From Candidatus Eiseniibacteriota bacterium (GTDB taxonomy: Bacteria > Arandabacterota > Arandabacteria > Arandabacterales > Arandabacteraceae), in contig JBDRNT010000109.1 in assembly GCA_043810925.1 (NCBI GenBank), positions 1-12,525 of the forward strand: DNA of 12,525 nucleotides. Direction: 5' to 3'. The position numbers were made by a program, and so were the translations under genes. This document shows positions 6,153-12,525 of the stretch, one piece after another. The stretch's first letter is position 1, and each line of letters begins with the position of its first letter. The notes beneath the pieces were generated by a model that was not told the DNA's origin, ran no database searches, and saw nothing but the letters and a program-made list of their open reading frames with translations.

Positions 6153-7953
6153 ACTTATCGGCCAGATCGATAAAGGCATCGACGTCCTTCATGGCACGCC
6201 CGACCGCATCCTTCCAGAACGTCTCACCAGTAAGATCAACATCCAGGTGTTTCCTCGCAAGGTCCTCACACGACATCGATCCCGTATCGGCCAGAAGGGC
6301 AGTGTACTTCTCGGCAAAGGCCGGCCCCTCTTTCTTGGCGTGGTCGTAGATGCCACTGGCAAAGAGATGCCCGAAAGTGTACGGGTAGTTATAAAACGGT
6401 ACCCCTGTCTCGGAAAAATGCAATTTCGAGGCCCAGAACAGCGGGTGGCAACCGTCATCGGCGAGCGCTTCGCCGAAAGCCGTCTTCTGTGCCTCAACCA
6501 TCAGTTCATTCAAACGCTCCTTGGACACAGGGCCGTCCTTCCTCTCCTCGTAGAACTTGGTTTCAAACAGGAAGCGACAGCGGATATTACAGAACATCGC
6601 AAGGTGGTCCTGGACCTTCTTATTGATGAGCGACAGTTTCTCGGCCTTGCTCTCAGCTGCTTCAAATGCGGCATCGTTGACCAGCATCTCATTGAAGGTT
6701 GACGCCGTCTCTGCCGTTGTCATCGTATAGTAGCGTGCGTAGTAATCGCGATCGCGGAAGACCCAGGAATGATACGCATGTCCGATCTCGTGGGCCAGCG
6801 TCATCATCTCCGAGTAATTGCCGGAGAACGTCATGAAGATACGCGATTGGGTGACTACGGGAAGCCCGGTGCAGAACCCGCCCGCCATCTTGCCGCTTCT
6901 GTTCTCGGCCTCAACCCAACGCTCGTCAATGACCTTGCGGGCGAACCGGCCGATCTCCGGCGAGAATGAGGAAAGATGTGAAACGACGAAGTCCGAGGCC
7001 TCGTCGTAGGTGAACGTCTTCTCGACCTCCCCGACGGGAGCCCACTGGTCGTACCATCGGAAACTATCCAGACCCAGGAGTTTCTTTTTCGCGGTCAGGT
7101 AGTCATTCATGCGATCGCGACTTCCCGCGATCACGTTCCACATGGTATTTATGGTTTTCTCGCTCACGCGCGCCTTGAGATACGATTCGAAGAGCGGCGA
7201 CTCCCAACCGCGTGCCTTATAAAGACTGAGTCTGAAACCGGCAAGCGAGTTGAGCTGCATCGCGGCCAGTCCTTCGGTAGACCTCCACGACGCTTCGAGT
7301 TTCTCAAATGCCTGCCTGCGGATCTCGCGGTCCGGCGAGCTCATCTTGTTGGTCAGCTGCCCCATGGACAGTTCCTCAGACTCGCCGCCCTCGACAAACT
7401 CCGCCCTCAGATCACCGGCGATTTTGGTGTAGAGGCGGTTCCAGGCGTGGTACCCACTTACAGCCAACTCCGTCGCGAGCTTCTCAAGTTTGGGTTCCAT
7501 CTTAAGACGTGCCTGGCGACGGCGCTCACTCCAGTAAAAGGCAGATCCCACAAGCCTCTCGTCACTGACGAATTCTTCCCAGGCCTTATCATCGACGGCA
7601 ATGGCAAACTCATCGATGTCCGTCTGGATCACCTCAATCGCCGCCTCATGGCTGGACATCTCCTCAAGTATGTTCATCGCTTTGTCGTCGGTCACATCCT
7701 GAGCGGCCAGGCAGTAGGTGAAGCTCCCCGCATGGTCCAGTCGCTTATCGGTATGCTGAACAAGAAGGAGTATATCGATCCAGGCCTTGCGCGTGTCCCG
7801 GTCGAGCTTGCGTGGCAGCTTGGATAACCTTTCCCTGGCTTCCCCAAGATCGCCGACGACTGATTTGCGAAAAGCTTCGAATTCCTTGGAGCCCGAACCT
7901 CCTGGAAACACGGATTCGAGATCCCATTTCATCTTGTTAACCTCGGTACTCAC
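6148..7953 (-). CDS. pepF: M3B family oligoendopeptidase F (start revised to GTG 7953, 601 aa)
   Basis: N-terminal KWDLESVFPGG, R.GK..GGFCT, zinc motif TLAHEIGHAYH (HExxH), third-ligand region AETASTFNE, and HF.....PFYNYPYTFG. RBS GGAGGT at 7960-7965 precedes GTG 7953. ATG 7932 is an alternative start. Confidence 0.93.
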   Translation of the reverse strand: MSTEVNKMKWDLESVFPGGSGSKEFEAFRKSVVGDLGEARERLSKLPRKLDRDTRKAWIDILLLVQHTDKRLDHAGSFTYCLAAQDVTDDKAMNILEEMSSHEAAIEVIQTDIDEFAIAVDDKAWEEFVSDERLVGSAFYWSERRRQARLKMEPKLEKLATELAVSGYHAWNRLYTKIAGDLRAEFVEGGESEELSMGQLTNKMSSPDREIRRQAFEKLEASWRSTEGLAAMQLNSLAGFRLSLYKARGWESPLFESYLKARVSEKTINTMWNVIAGSRDRMNDYLTAKKKLLGLDSFRWYDQWAPVGEVEKTFTYDEASDFVVSHLSSFSPEIGRFARKVIDERWVEAENRSGKMAGGFCTGLPVVTQSRIFMTFSGNYSEMMTLAHEIGHAYHSWVFRDRDYYARYYTMTTAETASTFNEMLVNDAAFEAAESKAEKLSLINKKVQDHLAMFCNIRCRFLFETKFYEERKDGPVSKERLNELMVEAQKTAFGEALADDGCHPLFWASKLHFSETGVPFYNYPYTFGHLFASGIYDHAKKEGPAFAEKYTALLADTGSMSCEDLARKHLDVDLTGETFWKDAVGRAMKDVDAFIDLADKS

Positions 7954-8016
7954 AATTGCACCTCCAGTTTCCGATTTTGCCTCAATAGGGTATGTTCTTC
8001 TTAGGATAATACATGG

Positions 8017-8040
8017 ATTTCGGTGACACCATACCAAATT
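8017..8040 (+). repeat. Solitary copy of the ATTTCGGTGACACCA dispersed repeat in the pepF/tauE divergent intergenic region
   Basis: 8017-8031 is identical over 15 nt to 12396-12410. It continues TACCAAATT here versus AACATAATT in the other copy. Confidence 0.75.
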
Positions 8041-8098
8041 ACCATGCGGGTCCGCGGGAACATATGCTACTCTGGCCACCTGAGGGAATCTGCTGACG

Positions 8099-8842
8099 AT
8101 GGATGGAACATCGAACGTGATCATCTGCGGTATCATAGCCGTCTTTGTGGCAGGCGTAATCAAGGGGCTCACGGGGTTCGGTTTTTCGCTGGCGGCTGTC
8201 CCGTTTTTGGTCTTGCTTCTCGGCCCCCGGACCGCGATACCGATTGTGATCGTCTTGAATGCACTGACCAACATCGGACTCTACTTAAGTGTAAGGAAGT
8301 CGGTGGACCTCAAGCGGATCAGGCCACTGATCATCGCGGGGATAGTCTCCGTGCCGGTCGGGATGATCCTGCTTCTTGTTCTTAACGTTACCGTTCTCAA
8401 GGTCATTGTCGGTTGCACAATCTGCATCTTTGCCTTCGCATTCCTGCTGGGATTCAAGAGACAGGTAAACAACGAAAAACGTGGCTTCGTGGCGGCCGGG
8501 CTCCTAAGCGGCACGTTGAACGGGGCCATATCGACGGGTGGGCCGCCTGTCATTCTCTTTCTTTCTAATCAGGGAGATGCCAGACAACCATTCCGTGCAA
8601 ACCTGATTGCCTATTTCCTTTTTCTCAGTCTTGCTTCGGTCCCGATCTTCCTTGCAGGTGGTCTCGTCACGTTGGCGGTGACGAGGTACGCTCTGATCTT
8701 TTTTCCCGCACTGGTCCTGGGAGCACTTGTGGGGAGCTGGCTCCTTCACAGGGTCCCCGAGCACACCTTTCGTGTCGTTGCCTTGCTCGTGGTGATGGCC
8801 GCCGGTGTGATCTCGGTGCTCTCAAGCGTCGGATTCATGTAG
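8099..8842 (+). CDS. TauE/SafE family (sulfite exporter-like) membrane protein
   Basis: 247 aa, hydrophobic with about 8 TM segments. Motifs AGVIKGLTGFGFSLAAVP and internal-repeat counterpart AGLLSGTLNGAISTGGPPV, plus FRANL..YF and C-terminal GSWL..RVPE..FR. GTG 8117 is an alternative start. Confidence 0.92.
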   Translation: MDGTSNVIICGIIAVFVAGVIKGLTGFGFSLAAVPFLVLLLGPRTAIPIVIVLNALTNIGLYLSVRKSVDLKRIRPLIIAGIVSVPVGMILLLVLNVTVLKVIVGCTICIFAFAFLLGFKRQVNNEKRGFVAAGLLSGTLNGAISTGGPPVILFLSNQGDARQPFRANLIAYFLFLSLASVPIFLAGGLVTLAVTRYALIFFPALVLGALVGSWLLHRVPEHTFRVVALLVVMAAGVISVLSSVGFM

Positions 8843-8846
8843 ACGG

Positions 8847-10643
8847 CTACTGGATGTAGCCCAGTGCGCGCAGCTCACCCTTGATCTTCTCATCCAGCTG
8901 GGTCGTCGTCTTGCCTTTGTACACGCTCTCATAGTGCCATATGAGGAAGTAGGGCGGCTCGGGTCTAGATGACGGCCCTGTTCTTAACTGAGCGGTGTTT
9001 GGTCGTGACTTCAAAGCAAAGGGCATCTGGGCCGGTGCCTTCAGTTTCTCGCCGAAGTACGTATTTTCGATTGCGGGTTTCCCGTCCAATCTTAGATCGA
9101 GATTGACCGGGATTGCGCCCGGGCCCTCTGCTATGAAGGCAAGCGTGAGCGGTTCCTCAAGTTGGATGCCCTTAACTGCGACCATATGACCCTCGGCACT
9201 CGTAAGCACCTGTCCAACGTCAAGCGTACGGCCGGAGGTGTCAAAGAATTTGAAGAGAGGGATATTGCCGATGGCAGGTCCCCTCTCCGATGTTATCTTG
9301 AGATCAAGGGTGTGCTCTTGAGCGGTCCCCACCATCTCGATATACCACGTGTCACTCATCTCGAAGAGCGACTTGAACATCATGCCCTCGAGGAGGGCAA
9401 GCGCTTCCGGTTTGTGAACGACCAGATTCTCCTCCTCGGCGGGATCCTGTTCGAGATTAAACAGCATCTCATTCCTGGTACGCAGGTCGTAGATCATCTT
9501 CCACGGTTGCGCTGTGATTCCCTTGCGCTCCGAGCCCTGGAGCAGACCCTCCGAATAGGCGGCACCGGGTGGGAAGAGGGCGCCCCGCGACGGGGCCGTC
9601 TCCCCGTTGCCGGTGAGTGCCGGCATGAGGTCAATACCTTCAAGGTGGGCATCGGTGCTGATGCCAAGGAGGCTAAGAATAGTAGGCATAACGTCTATGA
9701 GTCTCACCTGCCGGGATACCCTCATCCCCTCGGGGAGCCGGTCGGGCAGCGAGAATATGAGCGGGACCCGGATCACCTCGCCAAAGAGCGTGTGCCCGTG
9801 ACCGAAACCCTCATGCTCGAAGAACTCCTCACCGTGATCGCTCAGGAAGACCACAAGTGTGTTATCACGGATGCCAAGATCGCTCAGCCCGCTAAGCAAA
9901 TCGGCAATCGCTTTGTCGGTATAGGCGATCTCGCCATCATAAAGTGCTCTGATATGATCCCAGTCCATCTCATCAAGTGATCTCAGGTCGTCGAAATTCA
10001 TTCCAACGACGTTTGGGAAATAGTCGTGTAAGACAAAAGCGTTTCCAATACGGCCGTTGTATCCGGCATCGAACAGCGCGTCATACGGCGGCAGTGGGGC
10101 GTAAGGTTCGTGCGGATCGAAATAATGGGCGAACATCAGGAAGGGCCGGTCGTTGTGTCGCTGTATCCACTCAAGGACGTCCGCCGTTACTCCATCCGCT
10201 CGCCTCCCCATGGAAGGAGGGGGGTCGTAGTAGTCGAATCCCCTGTTGACCCCGTATTCGGGTCTGAGGACTGTCGCATTGACGACCGCGCCCGTCGCAT
10301 AGCCATGTTCCTTAAGTATCGCTGCAAGCGTCGGGAATGTCTCCCGCATACGGGACACGGCCGACATTGCCCCGTGCTGACTTGGATAAAGTGAGGTGAA
10401 GACGGTCGAGAAGGAGGGAAGCGTCCAGGGCGACTGGCTTATTGTGTTCTCAAGGAGTACGCCTTCGGCTGCAAGATTGTCTATGGCCGGGCTTGTGTTG
10501 CGCTCGTAGCCATAGCAGCCGAGGTGGTCCGGTCTCAGGGTGTCGACGGCTATTATGACAACGTTCAGGGGTTCGCTCCCGGTACCACAGGAAATAGCGA
10601 CGGCAATAAGGGCGATCACGGCCGATCTCAGAGGAACTCTCAT
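8847..10643 (-). CDS. Sulfatase-like hydrolase/transferase (alkaline phosphatase superfamily), predicted lipoprotein
   Basis: 598 aa. Signal peptide with lipobox-like AISC-G. Motifs NVVIIAVDTLRPDHLGCYGY, SPWTLPSFSTVFTSLYPSQHG, HYFDPHEPY, YDGEIAYTD, SDHGEEF.EH...GHG and LFNLEQDPAE, ending LRALGYIQ. Confidence 0.92.
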   Translation of the reverse strand: MRVPLRSAVIALIAVAISCGTGSEPLNVVIIAVDTLRPDHLGCYGYERNTSPAIDNLAAEGVLLENTISQSPWTLPSFSTVFTSLYPSQHGAMSAVSRMRETFPTLAAILKEHGYATGAVVNATVLRPEYGVNRGFDYYDPPPSMGRRADGVTADVLEWIQRHNDRPFLMFAHYFDPHEPYAPLPPYDALFDAGYNGRIGNAFVLHDYFPNVVGMNFDDLRSLDEMDWDHIRALYDGEIAYTDKAIADLLSGLSDLGIRDNTLVVFLSDHGEEFFEHEGFGHGHTLFGEVIRVPLIFSLPDRLPEGMRVSRQVRLIDVMPTILSLLGISTDAHLEGIDLMPALTGNGETAPSRGALFPPGAAYSEGLLQGSERKGITAQPWKMIYDLRTRNEMLFNLEQDPAEEENLVVHKPEALALLEGMMFKSLFEMSDTWYIEMVGTAQEHTLDLKITSERGPAIGNIPLFKFFDTSGRTLDVGQVLTSAEGHMVAVKGIQLEEPLTLAFIAEGPGAIPVNLDLRLDGKPAIENTYFGEKLKAPAQMPFALKSRPNTAQLRTGPSSRPEPPYFLIWHYESVYKGKTTTQLDEKIKGELRALGYIQ

Positions 10644-12310
10644 TCGGTTGCCTCGACGGCGTCAGCGAGCATCCTGAGACCGTGTGCGGGATCAGCGCCC
10701 AGGTTGACCCGGAGAACACGACGGTCACGCTGAAGGAGCGCGTGATAATCACCCAGCGCCTGAGCGGCAAACAACTCGCAGAACGTGTAATCCGTTTCGG
10801 GCACTGCAATATCATTCTGCGGGCTGTCTATCAGTTGTAAGAACACACCGGTGTTGGGACCGCCTTTGTGAAGCTGACCCGTCGAATGAAGGAAGCGCGG
10901 TCCCAGGCCTAGTGTTGTTGCCAGGTGCAGCCGGCTGCTTACCTGGCTTCGGAGGTGCCCAAGCCCACGCATGATCTCCGGATCGGGTTTGAGGTAGGCC
11001 TGGAGGCCGATGTAGTCGCCGGGTTTCACCTTGTTTCGGATCCAGGTCATTGCCTGTCTTCGATCCCAGCAGGATTCGACGGGTACGGTCGTATCACAGC
11101 CCTTCTTTGTCCTCTTTCCGTCTGCCATCGCCCTGCGCGCAAGCTCCTTGGCCGTCTGTACGTCCGGCTGATTGAATGGATGGATACCAAGCACAACACC
11201 CGCAGCGGCCACGGCCATTTCCCAGCGAAAGATCTCACCTGCGAGACCGGTCTTGTCTGTGAGCACGAAACGGCAGACCGGGTGACCGGCAGCCTCGAGC
11301 TGCGCAATCTGTTCTTCGACCTTCGGTTCGACCTCTTCCTCAAGCGCGATATATACAAAACAGCGATCCGGGCCGTATGCATCGGGGGCGGCGAGTGGCT
11401 CCCCGATTACCGGGACTATGCCCTTTTCATCTTTACCGGTACTCTCTGCTATGAGTTGCTCGAGCCAGTCCGGGAAGGTCTTAAGCGTCGGTGATGCTAT
11501 GAAGGTCATCTTGTCCCTGCCGGCCAGGGCCAGCTCCCCGAGCACTGCTCCCAGGAAGAGACCGGGGTTTTCTTCCTCGGAAACCGCGGGTCCGCACAAA
11601 AGGGCCACTGATTGAGCCCGTCGGAGCAAGTCGGAAGTGTCAACACCGATTAGTGCGGCCGGGACGAGTCCGAATGCGGCGAATGCCGAATAGCGACCGC
11701 CGACGTCGCTCTCTGCAAGAAACACGCGACGGAAACCCCTGTCATGCGCGATTGTCTCAAGTTCGCTCCCGGGATCGGTGATCGCGATGAAGTGACGGCC
11801 CGGGTTTGAGGTCAATGAGCTCACACGGTTGTAGAAGTATCTGAAGAAAGAGAGAGGCTCGATTGTTGTGCCCGACTTGCTGGCCACAATGAAGAGTGTG
11901 GTCTTAAGATCAACGAGAGATGCCGTGGCGGCAACCTGTCCGGGGTGAGTGCTGTCCAGGATGATCAGCTCGGGATAGCCGGGCGCATTACCGAAGCAAG
12001 CCATGAAAACCTCAGGTGCCAGGCTCGAGCCGCCCATGCCGAGGAGCACCACGTGTCTGATTCCCTCAGCCTTGATATCATCCGCAAATGTATTAATAGC
12101 CGTGCTCTCCGGCTCCATCGTCCGGGGCAAGGTGAGCCAACCCAGGCGGTTGGTGATTTCAGGGAGTGGGGTAGGGGACCAGACCGTAAAGTCCTTTTCC
12201 CAGAGTCGCCGCCCCATATGCTCGCGGCGCCAGGTGCCCAGTCTCTGTCGTACCCCGGCTTCAATCTCTCCAAGATGGAACGACTGAATACTTGTGTCTT
12301 TCGATGACAT
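10640..12310 (-). CDS. pgi: Glucose-6-phosphate isomerase (stand-alone, of the type found in transaldolase-PGI fusions)
   Basis: 556 aa. Motifs NRLGWL, LLGMGGSSL, ASKSGTTIE, AITDPGS, DVGGRYS, EQLIAESTGK, PFNQPDV and GPRFLHSTGQLHKGGP. The stop overlaps the sulfatase start (ATGA, 10640-10643). Confidence 0.92.
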   Translation of the reverse strand: MSSKDTSIQSFHLGEIEAGVRQRLGTWRREHMGRRLWEKDFTVWSPTPLPEITNRLGWLTLPRTMEPESTAINTFADDIKAEGIRHVVLLGMGGSSLAPEVFMACFGNAPGYPELIILDSTHPGQVAATASLVDLKTTLFIVASKSGTTIEPLSFFRYFYNRVSSLTSNPGRHFIAITDPGSELETIAHDRGFRRVFLAESDVGGRYSAFAAFGLVPAALIGVDTSDLLRRAQSVALLCGPAVSEEENPGLFLGAVLGELALAGRDKMTFIASPTLKTFPDWLEQLIAESTGKDEKGIVPVIGEPLAAPDAYGPDRCFVYIALEEEVEPKVEEQIAQLEAAGHPVCRFVLTDKTGLAGEIFRWEMAVAAAGVVLGIHPFNQPDVQTAKELARRAMADGKRTKKGCDTTVPVESCWDRRQAMTWIRNKVKPGDYIGLQAYLKPDPEIMRGLGHLRSQVSSRLHLATTLGLGPRFLHSTGQLHKGGPNTGVFLQLIDSPQNDIAVPETDYTFCELFAAQALGDYHALLQRDRRVLRVNLGADPAHGLRMLADAVEATE

Positions 12311-12394
12311 GATTGAGTGCTCCAGACCCTGACGCTAACACAATCGACCGGCTGATTACAACACCCGGGGAGTACGTATGGTAGAGAGGCTGGC

Positions 12395-12482
12395 AATTTC
12401 GGTGACACCAAACATAATTACGCGTCAATAAGTTTGGTGTCAACCAAATTTCCACAAAATTAAGTTTGGTGTCACCGAAATT
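12395..12482. repeat. 88-bp AT-rich element with perfect 19-bp terminal inverted repeats and an internal extra copy of the right end
   Basis: AATTTCGGTGACACCAAAC (12395-12413) is the exact reverse complement of GTTTGGTGTCACCGAAATT (12464-12482). TAAGTTTGGTGTCA occurs at both 12429-12442 and 12461-12474, a 32-nt period. Confidence 0.88.
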
Positions 12483-12525
12483 ATCAACGAAAATATATAT
12501 ATGAGGAGTACCGCTTTTCGCAACT

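Noticed and set aside
6106..6702. 198-aa plus-strand ORF, and other antisense ORFs such as 9162-9980 and 10925-11494
   Set aside because: They are antisense shadows of well-supported genes (pepF, sulfatase-like, pgi), common in GC-rich DNA, and show no domain signal.
7954..8274. 107-codon N-terminal extension of PepF in the ORF track (708 aa)
   Set aside because: It overlaps the tauE gene on the opposite strand and crosses a non-coding repeat. Family similarity begins at KWDL, and a GGAGGT RBS supports GTG 7953.
12395..12482. CRISPR array interpretation of the repeated TTTGGTGTCA motif
   Set aside because: The copies are in mixed orientation, there are only two direct copies with a 32-nt period (too short for repeat plus spacer), and no cas genes are in the window.
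12501..12525. Possible gene start ATGAGGAGTACC... at the window end
   Set aside because: Only 8 codons are visible and there is no SD upstream. The GAGGAG could instead be an RBS for something beyond the window, so it cannot be supported.

Overview
Bacterial genomic window. It opens with the 3' end of a class C group II intron (tail of the intron-encoded protein, domain V, domain VI, 3' end at about 141). Eight apparently intact protein genes follow: a secreted SH3b-domain protein (+), a secreted serpin (-), a secreted calcineurin-like metallophosphoesterase with a C-terminal FlgD-Ig/T9SS-like domain (+, probably starting at a non-canonical ATA at 2209, not at 2431), a secreted ankyrin-repeat/metallo-beta-lactamase-fold fusion (+), an M3B oligoendopeptidase F (-, probable start 7953), a TauE/SafE transporter (+), a lipoprotein sulfatase-like enzyme (-) and a glucose-6-phosphate isomerase (-). 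Two separate families of short dispersed non-coding repeats are visible. One is a GTAG-type REP/REPIN family (3961-3986, 6067-6152) whose TAG is the stop codon of two genes. The other is an AATTTCGGTGACACCA family (8017-8040, 12395-12482) that includes an 88-bp element with perfect 19-bp inverted ends. The PNPF-type C-terminal domain suggests an FCB-group host (inference only). I cannot support a complete novel multi-gene system. The best leads are the two repeat families, the ATA start, and the unusual secreted domain architectures.
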